From contig NC_043013.1 of NCBI RefSeq assembly GCF_006345805.1, positions 28,768,001 to 28,832,000 on the forward strand: a stretch of 64,000 nt of DNA. The letters are read 5' to 3'. The position numbers and the translations under genes were made by a program. Source of the DNA: Octopus sinensis (taxonomy: Eukaryota). The notes beneath the pieces are model-generated. The model was not told the origin of the DNA, made no database searches, and worked only from the letters and a program-made list of their open reading frames with translations. Below are positions 41,019 to 54,370 of this stretch, one piece after another; the first letter of the stretch is position 1; the number at the start of each line of letters is the position of its first letter.

Positions 41019-41245
41019 ATATGTTTCAACACACAAACTCATAAAGAATCTTGCAAACCAAATCCAAAAACAAAATGAATAATATTCTTCCATAATAATT
41101 ACGTAATGTTACATTTATCAATTTGTATTCATTTCTAATATTAGACTTTATGGAATGTTATGAATTAATATTGCAAAAACTGTGACAAAATCCAAATTCT
41201 AAGACAGTTCTAATTAATATATCATTCCCTATCATTCTTGCTTAG

Positions 41246-41405
41246 GTCTCTTGGTGATAAAATATCATTCATTGAACTAGACACTCCAGAAATGACACCT
41301 GCTCAAATGGCTACTTTGGAAGTATCGGTTAATGAGAAAATTCGGGAAGCAGTTCCAGTCAAAGTTGAAGTCTATGACTCTGCTTCAGACCCCAAACTTT
41401 CTGAG
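41246..41405 (+). CDS. AARSD1: AARSD1 internal exon C (W-SLGDKISFIELDTPEMTPAQMATLEVSVNEKIREAVPVKVEVYDSASDPKLSE), phase 2 to 0
   Basis: cttgcttag|G TCT ... GAG|gtatgg. IELDTP and SVNEKIR match AARSD1; phase completes the TG|G Trp codon from exon B. Confidence 0.95.
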
Positions 41406-44400
41406 GTATGGAACAAGACTGTCTGATAAATTTCTTCTTTTGTGAATAGTTTTTTTCATTTTCTTTTTCATTTGTGTTTTCTAGCATGCAAATTGAATTT
41501 TTTAGACCAAAATTTACAGCCCAAAATGGTAGGTTGACTTACACATCAAGATGACTTTAAAGAACCCAAAATTCCATGTGAAATGTAGCAGGATTTGGAA
41601 AGATAGTGACAATATTTGAATGTGTACATCATCTACTACATCAAATTGTATACTGGAAAATATAGGAGTTTGATGAAGAAATGGAAGTTAGTATCCAACC
41701 CCTATTTGTGGGGGCTTGCTCTCCTTTCTTTTCCAACTAGGGTAACTATGTATCTCACTACAGCAAGACACCCATCTCTGTCCCTTTAACTTCTCATCAA
41801 CTGGCACAAAACCACCTCCCTCAATGCTAACCCCTTCCCAGTTGAGAGGTCTTTGCCTTTCAAGTTACTTGATGACCCTGCCGATGCTGGTACCACATAG
41901 AAAGCACCCTTAGTACACTCCGTAAAGTGGTTGGCATTAGGGAGGGCTTCCTGCCATAAAAACCATGCCAGAGAAGACAAGAAAGCTTAGTGCTGTCCCC
42001 TGGCTCACCAGCCCTTTCCAAACTGTCCAACTCATGCTAGCATAGCAAAAGGGATGTTGAGTGATGGTGATGGTGATTATGAGTTCAAATCCCTGTTGAG
42101 TCAACTTTGCTTATAATTTTACTGGGTGCCCATAATGTAAATAATGTAAGTTGTTTGACAACAGACCCAGAGATAATGAGTGAACTTCATGCTAATGTAA
42201 GAATGTATACACGATCACTCAACTTGCTAGAAATAGCAGCCAAACCTATCCAAAGTGATATTCTACTCTCTTGAAACTTGGGGGGGAAAAACCCCATTTG
42301 ATTATACATTTGAGTTTTATAAGACTATACCTAAATAAAACATGAGGTGATCATAGCTGGAATATCTTTGACCATAGACCTGCTTGATCAGAGCTGATCT
42401 GGGGCTGATAACAACTGCTACATCTTAGTAACTTAATCTACTAACCTCTAAGTATGTACTGTAAAAGGTGTAGTTCACTAATGTTTGTTGCAGCAACAGT
42501 AGTTGCACTGCAGAATTGGTGAGTGGTTCTTTTAGCTTGCAGTCCCCTCCCCCCCTCTCTCTCTCTCTTCATCATTTTAACATCCACTGTTCCATGCTTG
42601 CTTGGGTCAGACGGAGTTTACTGGGGTAGGTTCCTCTACAGCTTGATATCCCTCCTGTCAGGAACCCTCACATGTTTCCTTGTATGTTTATTTACGTCCC
42701 AGTAACTTAGCAGTTCAACTAAAAAGTTTGATTAAATAAGTACTTGACTTTAAAAAAGTAATAAAAGAATCTAAGTGCAGGGACCAATTTGTTCAACTGA
42801 AATACTTTGAGATGGTGCCCCAACACCAGCATGGCTGCTATCCAATGACTTAAGCAAGTAAAAGATAAAAGACAAGATATTTGGGTACAGTTTTCTTGTG
42901 GGCCAAATGTATTGAATTTAAGTTGTTGCTGTGTGGAATCAATTTGATTTTAACTGAATGCATTAACGATGACCAATGTCATTGCTTGGAGCTCTTCAAG
43001 AAATGAATGCAAATTGAATTTAACCATTTTTGTGTGTTTTTAGATGACTAAAATGTTTCTTTCATGAAGTAGTTACCATGTTTGCTTCTTCAGCACTATG
43101 CAATCTCAAATATGAGGCAACCCCACTTTTGAGTGCCCTATAACCCAGAAATATATTTCCTCCTTCTCCTCCTCGTCACCACCACCACCACCACCACCAC
43201 CACCATCGTCATCATCAACATCATCGTCACCACCACCACCAATGAAATGCTGCTAAACATTTTGCCCAGCGTACTAACGATTCTGCCAAATTACCACCGT
43301 GATGATGATGATGATGATGAATAATGTGAATGTTAAAGGGTTAAATTACTGATGTTCAAATTGAACAGCAACTGTATCAATGTCACCACAGTCTGGGTGG
43401 TCCACCAAAGGTCATACACACTGACCTTTCCTCTTGACTTGACCATTAAAATAAAACAAGGAAACAACAAACCAGCCTAATTATCAACTTATTTTGCAAT
43501 CTAGATGGTTTTCTTTACCATATTCCTTGATGGTGCTATTGAAATAAAATCCTGACTATAATAATTCAGAGTTGCAGTTCATAGCATCACAGAACCATTA
43601 ACAATTTTTCTTATTTATTTAATTATTCTAAAACCAGTTTTAAGAAAATAATATTTTTCTGAAATTATAATTCTGATTTTTGAATGAAAGCAAAAACAGA
43701 AACAGAAACAAAAAAAATAAAAAATAAAATAAAATAAAAAAATAAAAAAATATTTATAGATAAATAAATAAAATTTCAATTACGAAAATTTTCAAAAGAT
43801 AAAGTGTTTTTATAAAATTTTCTTTTCTTTCTTTCTTTTTTCGTTCTTTCTTTCTCTCTTTTTCGTTCTTTCTTTCTTTCTTTCTTACTATTATTATTAT
43901 TATTATTATTATTAGTTTGAAAATTGGAAGAAAATGAATTTTCAATTAGAAAATTCAATAACAACGATATCAAAAACAGACAAAGTTCCTCCAAAAATCT
44001 TTTAAAATTTAAAATGTTTGTTTCTTCACAAAATTTTCATTATTTTCATTTTTATTTTTTTTAATAATATTATGATTATTATTATTATCATTATTATCAT
44101 TATCATCATCATTATTATTATTATTAGTTCTTTTAAAATTTCATTTCGAATATTAATTTAGTTTTGAAAGATTTTCAGCAAATTTATTGAGAGTTGTGGA
44201 GGTGTGTATGTGTGTGTGTGGTGGTGGAACAAGATTAAAAGAAAATAACAAAAAGAAAAATGAAAAAAATAAATGAAAGGAAAAGAACATAAGTTGAAAA
44301 TAAGATAAATTCCTACTTTATCATATTGTGACAATTTTTAAATTTTCTTTAAATTTAAAAAATTTTTTGATTTAAAAAATATTTTTCCTTACTTGACTTT

Positions 44401-44448
44401 TATAGACTGAAAAAACAAAAACAAAAGCAAAAATTAAATTTGAATTAA

Positions 44449-44504
<56 letters not shown>

Positions 44505-45897
44505 GCAATCTACTCTTGCTAAACAAATACATTTTGTGGCAGAATCAGAGGTAAAAAAAAATACATTAGATTCCCTTAGATGTGTCAGTCCATCAGTCAC
44601 CATATTTCCTTGTTCTGAGCCATCCATCTTCTTGTGATTCAAATTACATGAAATGTAATAAGAATAATGATTAATCTCATTTTGATTCAACCTCTGCCAT
44701 TCTTGTATAATATGTTTTTACAGTGATATAGTAAAGAGTTTCTCTTTCATCTTGTTCCTGTTGTTGTTGTTGTTGTTGTTGTATTGGTGGCGGTGGTGGT
44801 GGCAGTTTCAGGTGATTAAGTGAATGGTCATCTTTTAGTAAAATTTTATATCATCATTGTCATCATCATCATCATCATTATCATCATCATCATAATCATC
44901 ATCGTCATCATCATTGAATGTCCTTACTCCCCCCCACCACCATTCCTGTATGGGGTCAGATAGAATTTGTTGAGGCAGATTTTCTGCAGCTGGATGCCCT
45001 TTCAGTCACCAACCCTCATTTGTTTGCCAAGCAAGGCAAGGTAATAAATACTTCCCTATGGCTAGACATGTTTTTCACAAAAGATTAGAAACGATCAACC
45101 TCACTTGTATGACAGGGATGCTCGTTTACGACAGTCATGTGATGTCTAGACAAGGGTACACACAAACATTCACACATGCTTATACACACGTGTGTGTATC
45201 ATGATGATGATCATCATCATTTAACATCTGTTTTCCATGGCCTGGATCGAACAGTTTGACAGGAGCTTACTAGCTGAAGAACTGCTCCGGCACCATTTGT
45301 GTGTTGTGGCATGGTTTCTATGGCTGGATGCCTTTCCTAGTTCTAACCACTTTACAGAGGGTGCTGGGTGCTTTTTACATGGTACTGGTATGTGAGCTTC
45401 TATGTCATGCCTGCACAAGAACTTTTACATGGAGCCAACATGAGTGCTTCGTACACAGCATTGGCACAAGTGCCTTTTGTGTGGCACCAGTACAAGTGCT
45501 TTTCATTCACACACACACGACAGGATTCTTTCAGTTTCCATTTACCAAATCCTCTCACAAAACTTTGGTTGGCTCCGGGATATAGTAGATAACACTTTCC
45601 CGAAGTACCACACTGTGGGACTGAACCCAGGATCTCAAGCTTCTTAACTGCAGAACCATGCCTGCACCAAAATTACAGTTGTTGTCTAGCTATTGTTTTA
45701 ACATGACCTGTAATCAGACTTATAATAATCAAAGACATTCTAGATGCAACCATCCCACTTAAATATTTTCCTAGGCTTCGTTATCCAATATATGTTTCTT
45801 TTTTCTTTATAAAGACAGTATGATGTAATTAAAGCAAGATTTAGTGGTTTTTTGAAACAGGATAAGCACCAGCAAAGGAGTTCCTTCAATGGTTTGA

Positions 45898-46935
45898 ATT
45901 CTTGTCATTGATGTTGGTGGTAGTGTAATCATTCTTGTCATTGACGTTGGTGGTAGTGCTGTCAGTCTTGTCATTGACGTTGGTGGTAGTGTTGTCAGTC
46001 TTGTCATTGACGTTGGTGGTAGTGTTGTCAGTCTTGTCATTGATGTCAGTGGTAGTGTTGTCAGTCTTGTCATTGACGTTGGTTGTAGTGTTGTCAGTCT
46101 TGTCATTGACGTTGGTGGTAGTGTAATCATTCTTGTCATTGACGTTGGTGGTAGTGTTGTCATTCTTGTCATTGACGTTGGTGGTAGTGTTGTCATTCTT
46201 GTCATTGACGTTGGTGGTTGTGTTGTCATTCTTGTCATTGACGTTAGTGGTAGTGTTGTCATTCTTGTCATTGACGTTGGTGGTAGTGTAATCATTCTTG
46301 TCATTGACGTTGGTGGTGGTGTTGTCAGTCTTGTCATTGACGTCGGTGGTAGTGTAATCATTCTTGTCATTGACGTTGGTGGTGGTGTTGTCAGTCTTGT
46401 CATTGACGTTGGTGGTAGTGTAATCATTCTTGTCATTGACGTTGGTGGTAGTGTTGTCATTCTTGTCATTGACGTTGGTGGTAGTGTTGTCATTCTTGTC
46501 ATTGACGTTGGTGGTAGTGTTGTCATTCTTGTCATTGACGTTGGTGGTAGTGTTGTCATTCTTGTCATTGACGTTGGTGGTAGTGTTACCATTCTTGTCA
46601 TTGACGTTGGTGGTGGTGTTGTCAGTCTTGTCATTGACATTGGTGGTAGTGTAATCATTCTTGTCATTGACGTTGGTGGTAGTGTTGTCATTCTTGTCAT
46701 TGACATTGGTGGTAGTGTTGTCAGTCTTGTAATTGACATTGGTGGTAGTGTTGTCATTCTTGTCGTTGACATTGGTGGTAGTGTTGTCATTCTTGTCATT
46801 GACGTTGGTGGTTGTGTTGTCATTCTTGTCATTGACGTTGGTGGTAGTGTTGTCATTCTTGTCAATGACGTTGGTGGTAGTGTTGTCGTTCTTGTCATTG
46901 ATGTTGATGATAGTGTTGTCATTCTTGTCATTGAT
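45898..46935. repeat. 33-bp minisatellite (gttggtggtagtgttgtcattcttgtcattgac), about 31 copies
   Basis: Period equals the 11-aa repeat TSMTRMTTLPP in the - strand ORF 45807-46931. Confidence 0.95.
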
Positions 46936-47225
46936 GTTGATGGTAGTGATGGGGGTGAAGATTATTACTGCAATAATAGTAAATGGTAAATTGGTAAATA
47001 TATTATTCTTAAAAAAGAATGTTGTTGACAGTGACTTTGAAATTTTGGCCAGCTAAGCTATTGTTGGACTGTGATGTATTAGAGTTAGTCTTGCCTTGAT
47101 ATCATATCAAAGTTGTTATGGAAGAGGTGTTTTGAAAAATAATTTCTTTAATTGATTAAATTTGGGGTTATGTTGTTTAGAATTTATTCATGCATGTAGA
47201 ACATAACCCCAAATTTAATTCATTT

Positions 47226-47257
<32 letters not shown>

Positions 47258-47568
47258 TGGATGGATGAATGGATGGATGGATGGATGGATGGATGGATGG
47301 ATTTCCAGGGGATTGGTGTGGAAGGAGCCAATAGAAGAGGAAGACCAAAGAAAAGGTGGGTAGAAGCAGTGAAGACTGATCTCAGGATGCCGAACCACAC
47401 AAAGGAGATAGCAAATGAATGCAACAAGTGATAGGTTGATGTGTTGCAGTAGATTTATTCACACCATATATGCATAAATAACAGACATAAAAATAATGAT
47501 GATGATGATTTTATATGCATTTATATATGTACATTTATGTGCATATGTGTGTGTGTATGTGTATATAT

Positions 47569-47615
<47 letters not shown>

Positions 47616-47920
47616 ATATAGGTTGGACGATTTGACCAGGGTTGGCAAGCTGGAAGGCTGCACCAGACTCCAGTCTGATTTGGCATCGTTTCTACAACTG
47701 GTTTCTCTTCCTAATGCTAACCACACTGAAAGTGTAATGGATGCTTTTACGTGTCACTGGCACAGGTGCCATTTGTGTGACAACAGTATCTGCCATGACT
47801 GTGATTTTACTCAGCTCAATGGCTCTTCTTCTCAAACATGACATAATGCCTAAGGCCTCAGTCATTCGTCATTGCCTCCTGGAGGCCCAACACTTGAGAT
47901 GGATAGATAGATGGATAGAC

Positions 47921-48026
<106 letters not shown>

Positions 48027-48057
48027 GTAGATAGATAGATAAACTGATAGATGGATA

Positions 48058-48925
48058 TGTGGCCTAATCAATAAGTATTTGGACGGTTGCCATAGTAACG
48101 AAGCTAAAGCACACAGAATTATTCCACATGGCACAGTTTGACCTTGAACTTCCCTGTGCATATGCACTAAGTTTTAACATTCTAGCTCACTTCCTCTGTT
48201 TACAGCAGTGCTTGGAAGGAAGGTGTGTAATGTGTGATCATTGCATTGACCATGACAAATAAAGTTGAGCAGAGGATCTGTATCAAACTTTGCCAAAAAC
48301 TTGGCAATACCTGTTCAGAGGCCTATGCAAAGTTTTCAAAAAGTTTAACCAAGGAGATCTTGTGCAACTGAAACCAGAGTGTCTTTCTGGTCAGCTGAAA
48401 GCAGTTTTGGCACAAACTTGGCAGACATGCTCTCATACTCAAATCTTTAGTGATAACGGACTGAACTGAGCCGTAACTAATCTGCACATCCTCTGATAAC
48501 TCACAGATGGTGATTCGATGATTTCCCCTCACAGCTAAATGCACATCTGCAATGTTTTTCTCAGTTCTGCTGGTTACAGGTCTCCTAGAATGTTTGTTAA
48601 TTTCAACATTTTTATGGCAATCTTGGAAACGTCTAAACCACTTGTACACTGCTCATATACTCCTCTCTATACACTTTCTGCAACTTTGCACAGGCTTCTG
48701 AGCAGGTGTCGCCATGACAACTTTCTCTGTCATGGTCAATGCAATGATCACACACTACACACCTTCCTTCCAAGCACTGCTGTAAACAGCAGTATTGAGC
48801 TAGACCATTAAAAGTTAGTGCACATGTACAGCAGAGTTGAAGGTCAATCTTTGCCAAGCAGCTTTACTCTCTGTGCTTTAGCTTTGTTACTATGGCAACA
48901 GTCTGGATACTTATTGATCAGAGCT
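48058..48925. mobile_element. Same double-5'-end mariner derivative (copy 2)
   Basis: Same arms and same junction gcaaagttttcaaaaagttt; HTH remnant YKWFRRFQD..SRRPVTSRTEKNIADV..ITICELSEDVQISYGSVQSVITKDL. Confidence 0.8.
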
Positions 48926-49696
48926 TGTCGATAGAGAGATAGATAGATAGATAGATAGATAGATAAATTGACAGATAGTCAGACAGACAGACGCACACAC
49001 ACAGAATTGTATTATGTGTCTTGCAAGTTTGAAACTGGAGGTGGCCCACATTCCTGGATTTTTCGGTTTTCTGGAGATACCCTAAATATAAACTTAGAAT
49101 ATAAAATAAACTGTGAAAAGTAAAGAACTAAATTGTGCATAGCAGATTCCCATTAACACACTTCTAAAGCAGGGTCTGTTTGATATTTATTAATCCACTT
49201 AAAACTCTTTAAATACACCATACTCTGTTATGTATACAGTATAACGTTTATAGGATGAAAATTAAACAAAGAAGAGTAAAGAACATAATTTCATTTAACA
49301 GATACAGATTCAAATTAATACACTTCTAAAGCAGACTATGTTTAATCTTTATTGATCCACACAAGAAAGGTAAAGGACAGAATTATTTTTAACACTCAAT
49401 ATGCAAATTAACCAACTTCAAAAACAGAGTCTGTTTACTCAATACATGGTGTTGCACAGTATTCAAAGATTTCTAGAAGATGGATAGATGGTCGTTACTC
49501 TGTGTGTGTGTATGTGTGTGTATGTGTGTGTGTGTATGCGTGCACACGTATTAATGTTTGTTTTAATGCTACAATCAAAATATTTTACATTAAACTGAAG
49601 GATTGCTCAACACACTTGGTAGAGTGCAAATTAACTATTCTTTCATAATAATGCATGTGTATACACACACACACACACACACATACATCTGTGCTC

Positions 49697-49732
49697 CTTT
49701 CTGTGGAAGAGCGTAGGCTCGAAATGTTAAAG
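49697..49732 (+). ncRNA. Degenerate hammerhead-like motif in a related repeat (about 49685-49825)
   Basis: Stem I CTTT/AAAG, core CTGTGGA (non-canonical), stem II GAGC-gtag-GCTC, GAAATGTT. Confidence 0.4.
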
Positions 49733-49914
49733 ACTTTTTCAATTCCAGAGTATTATACTAATACATATGTTTGCTTTCTACACCACCTGTCTTCATCTTT
49801 TGTTTTTTTCGTGAATTCTCCCTACATATATATATATATATATATATACAACCTCCTGGGAGACTTTGATTTTAGTGGACAGATGCCACGCTTAGTTCTG
49901 CTATTGAGAACAAC

Positions 49915-50400
49915 ATGAAACAGGGTGGTATTCTGGCCCTAACTTGCATTGCAATCTTCAACAAGATGTTATAGGAGGCCAAGGAGAAGTTGTACAAGAG
50001 TATCTACATCTGTTTCTGTGCTGACAAGAACATATTCAACCTTTACAGGCTTCTTGCTCACACAACGACTCTGGAAGAGCTCAACTGTGACTTATTATCT
50101 GCAAATGACTGCACCCTTCTAGCACATGCAAAGGTGGTCCTTTAGACAGTTGTTTCTAGCTTTACTAAGGCAGCCAAAGCCTTTAGGCATCATCAGTCTG
50201 AAGAAAACTGAAGTACTGTTCAAGAAACTACCATATGCCACATACCAACCACCATAAATGTAACATTGAAGGGCACCCCCTTAATGAGGTCAAATGCTTC
50301 ACCTACCTGGGGAGTGTCATTTCTAATGATAGAACTTTTAGAAAGGATGTTGACAAATTCATTGCCAAAGCCAACACCACTTTTGGATGTCTGTACAAGC
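49915..50400 (+). mobile_element. RTE-clade LINE reverse transcriptase fragment (decayed)
   Basis: KQGGIL.., LLSAND (degenerate FADD), and EVKCFTYLGSVISND..DVDKFIAKANTTFGCL. Confidence 0.8.
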
Positions 50401-50578
50401 ATGAATGTATGTGTGTATGTACACATGTGTGTGCACATATGCGTGTGTGTGTGATCCATCATCATCATCAAACTTAAACATCCATTTTCTATGTGGCATG
50501 ATTTCTATGGCTCAATGCCCTTCCTAACACCAACCACTTTACAGAGTTTGTTGGGTGCTTTTATGTGACCCTGGCATA

Positions 50579-50615
<37 letters not shown>

Positions 50616-50619
50616 TATT

Positions 50620-50812
50620 AATTGGGGAAGGACAGTTTATGGATTACCCTGGGTTTCCCATCCATAAAGGGTTTAGTTTTATTGTGTCTTGTCAGACCCT
50701 TTTCCCCACCACTCCATATTTTAAAGAGGTTATTGGCCAACAGGTTTTGGGGTCTGATTATACGCCATAAAGCGAAACCCAGGATAATCCCATAAACCAG
50801 CCTCCCCCATTA
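50620..50812. mobile_element. Palindromic MITE family (also 16295-16445 and half copy 20555-20670)
   Basis: TIR ggggaaggnnagtttatgg(g)attacc / ggtaatcccataaac..cttccc. Confidence 0.65.
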
Positions 50813-50940
50813 AAATATACACTGCTCTACATCTTAGAGCGTGCTCCTTCTCCAGATTTATGTATATATATACATATATATACATACTTATATATATATA
50901 TATATATATTATATTATAATATATATATATTAAATATATA

Positions 50941-52160
50941 TAACCCATGGCCCCTACCTGGGACGTAATCAGTCCACCTGTGCATGCCTTCCTTCTTGTG
51001 ACACTTGTGAAGACCTGTTGAGGCAAGTGAAAATCAAAATCAAAACAAATCAAAATAGATGAACATCAATGGAATCTGTATCTTGTGGTACCAGTGCCGG
51101 TGGCACACAAGAGAACCATCCGAACGTGGCCGTAGCCAGTTCCGCATCGACCGGCCTCCGTGCTGTGGGCACGTAACAAACACCATCCGATCATGGCCGT
51201 TCGCCAGCCTCATCTGGCACCTGTGTCGGTGGCACATAAAAACACCTTCCGAAGACCCGGCAAGACTAGTCAGTCCACCTGTGCATACCTTCCTTCCTTC
51301 TTGTGACACTTGTGAAGACGGTTGAGGCAAGTGAAAATCAAATCAAATCAAATCAAAATAGACAAAATAGATGAACATCAATGGAATTTGTATCTTGTGG
51401 TACCAGTGCCTGTGGCACACAAGAAATCCATCAGTGCTGTAGTCAGTGCGGTGGGCACATGACAAACACCATCCGATCGTGGCCGTTCGCCAGCCTCATC
51501 TAGCACCTGTGTCGGTGGCACATAAAAACACCATCCGAAGACCCGGCAAGACTAGTCAGGCCATAACCCATGGCCCCTACCTGGGACGTAGTCAGTCCAC
51601 CTGTGCATACCTTCCTTCTTGTGACACTTGTGAAGACCTGCTGAGGCAAGTGAAAATCAAAACAAATCAAAATAGATGAACATCAATGGAATTTGTATCT
51701 TTGTGGTACCAGTGCCAGTGGCACATAAGAAAACCATCCGAACGTGGCCGTAGCCAGTACCGCATCGACTGGCCTCCGTGCTGTGGGCACGTAACAAGCA
51801 CCATCCGAGCGTGGCCGTCTGCCAGCCTCGTCTGGCACCTGTGTCGGTGGCACATAAAAACACCATCCGAGCGTGGCCGTCTGCCAGCCTCGTTTGGCAC
51901 CTGTGTCGGTGGCACATAAAAAAACACCATCCGAGCGTGGCCGTCTGCCAGCCTCGTCTGGCACCTGTGTCGGTGGCACATAAAATCACCCACTACACTC
52001 TCGGAGTGGTTGGCGTTAGGAAGGGCATCCAGCTGTAGAAACACTGCCAGATCTGACTGGACTGGTGCAGCTTTCGGGCTCCCCAGACCCCAGTTGAACC
52101 GTCCAACCCATGCTAGCATGGAAAGCGGACGTTAAATGATGATGATGATGATGATGATGA
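50941..52160 (+). repeat. Second copy of the same composite array (about 3 units), inverted relative to 1160-3245
   Basis: Near-identical reverse complement, including ccccagaccccagttgaaccgtccaacccatgctagcatggaaagcggacgttaaa-(TGA)n. Confidence 0.9.
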
Positions 52161-52194
52161 TATGTATATATGTATGTATATATGTGTGTGTGTA

Positions 52195-52490
52195 GAGGCA
52201 CATAGCCTAGTGGTTAGAGCAGGGGACTTGCAGTCGAGAGATTGCGGGTTTGAATCTCAGAGTGGGCGATGTATGTTTATGAACAAAACACCTAAGCTCC
52301 ATGCGCCTCCGGCAGAAGATAATGCCAAACTTCTGCTGACTCTTTCGCCACAACTTTCTCTCACTCTTCCTGCATCTAGCAGCTCAGCTGTGATGGAACG
52401 GCTTCCCATCAAGATGGGGAACCTAAATGCCAACGAAACTGGGAAACTGGCCCTTATGAGCCAGGCATAGCTCAAGAAAGAATAAACAAT
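52195..52490 (+). mobile_element. tRNA-headed SINE family E; other copies at about 6600-7155(-), 21590(+), 26240(+) and 57075-57270(-)
   Basis: Head tagcctagtggttagagc...gggtttgaatctc; shared body aaaacacctaagctccatg...ctctttcgccacaactttctctcactc. Confidence 0.75.
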
Positions 52491-53849
52491 AACATATATA
52501 TATATATATATCATCATCATCATCATCATCATCATCGTTTAGCGTCCGCTTTCCATGCTAGCATGGGCTGGACGGTTCAACTGGGGTCTGGGAAGCCAGA
52601 AGGCTGCACCAGGCCCAGTCTGATCTGGCAATGTTTCTACGGCTGGATGCCCTTCCTAATGCCAACCACTCCATGAGTGTAGTGGGTGCATTTACATGCC
52701 AGATGAAGCTGGCAAATGGCCACGATTGGATGGTGCTTTTTACATGCCACCGGCGGAGGCCAGGCGGGTCTGGCAATGGCCACGATCAGATGGTGCTTTT
52801 TACATACCACCAGCACGGAGGCCAGTCAGGGCGGCACTGGCAACAGCCACGTTCAGATGGTTCTCTTACGTGCCACTGGCACTGGTATCACAGCTACAAT
52901 TTCCATTGATGTTGATCGATTTATATACATATGGAAGAATACATAATAGGATGATTGCTTACAGTTGTGTATTGCAACTTTGTTGAAGAATGGTAAAGTA
53001 AAAAGTAAAAAAATTAGTTTATATCATTGATGGTTGTGTTATTTCCTGTTCTAAGTTTTATTCTATATTCACTGATATTGTTATTTGTAGTTAAACCTCT
53101 TGAATGTTCCTAGTAGAAGTCAGTATAATTGACTCGATATATCTATCTAAATATCTACATGCTTTTTCTACAACTCAACATGTCTGGTTCCATGGAAGCC
53201 AGTTGAAAGAGTTATTGTCCTTTTGTTTAAGTTTTTCTGTGTCAACCTCTATTTCAACATGTGTTACATTATAGCTTTTGTGCAAAACAGTTTCTAAGCT
53301 ATGTTCCAAGTTGACAAAATGTTCACAGCATCGGCTTTGCTACAGTATGATTATCATTGTTATTATCATTAACACGTTAACTGCCACAGTCTGTGTTAAT
53401 GGAACTTGTGTGAAGTTTTGCAATGAATGTGTTAATGTATTCTTTTCAGCCGTTGCACAAGTTGTCTGCAGACCACTCAAGTTCTTTAGCCTTTTGACTG
53501 TTCTAATTAAATTTCATGGTCATTTCCCATAATGATGTAAATTATCCACCGCAAAATGGAATTGGCATTTTATGCTTCAGCAATACCTTTTCAATATCTT
53601 CTGCAGGTATAGTTTTCATATCCACCACCAGAAGTATTTGATTTTTATTCTCTAAAGAGATATTTGATGGAATATGTGAAAAAATTAAGAAAATCTGAAA
53701 AATTGTCTTTTGTTCAGAGCCACTGGAGGTGTCTCTACTTTTTGCAACATAAGAAGAGAGGTTTTCTTTCAAAGCTATTGGGGTAAAACAGCTTTCCGCA
53801 GTTTACAGCAATAAACTTTTGAGCAGATATATCCACTCTCTCAATGCAA

Positions 53850-54370
53850 AGGGTAACCTGTGCTGGTGCCATGTAACACATAAAAAGCACTCATGTTGGT
53901 TCTACATAAAAAGCATCTGTGTTGGTGCTGCATAAAAAGCACTCGTGTTGGTGCCACATAAAAAGCACTTGTGTTGGTCCCACGTAAAAGCACTTGTTCT
54001 AGTACCACATAAAAAGCACTTGTTCTGGTGCCACATAAAAATCACTTGTTCTGGTGCCACATAAAAAGTACTTGTTCTGGTGCCACATAAAAAGCACTTG
54101 TTTCAGTGCCACATAAAAAGAATTTGTGTTGGTGCCACATAAAAAGAACTTGTCAGTGCCACATAAAAAGCACTTGTTCTAGTGTCACATAAAAAATCAC
54201 TTATGTCAGTGTCACATAAAAAGCACCCAGTACACTCTGTAAAATGGTTGGTGTTAGGAAGGTCATCCTGCCATAGAGATGAAACCAAAATTCAAAACTA
54301 GAACCTGGTGCAGCTGTCACCAAACTGTCCAACCCATGCCAGCATGGAAAAAAGAGCATTAAATGATGTT
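53850..54370 (+). mobile_element. Family C element with a 28-30 bp VNTR (gtgccacataaaaagcacttgttctg, about 12 copies)
   Basis: Tandem units 53870-54225 followed by the family core ggttggtgttaggaagg and the 3' end ccaacccatgccagcatgg. Confidence 0.8.

Noticed and set aside
52990-53830. Possible decayed transposase
   Set aside because: Only vague motif resemblance; no family assignable without a search.
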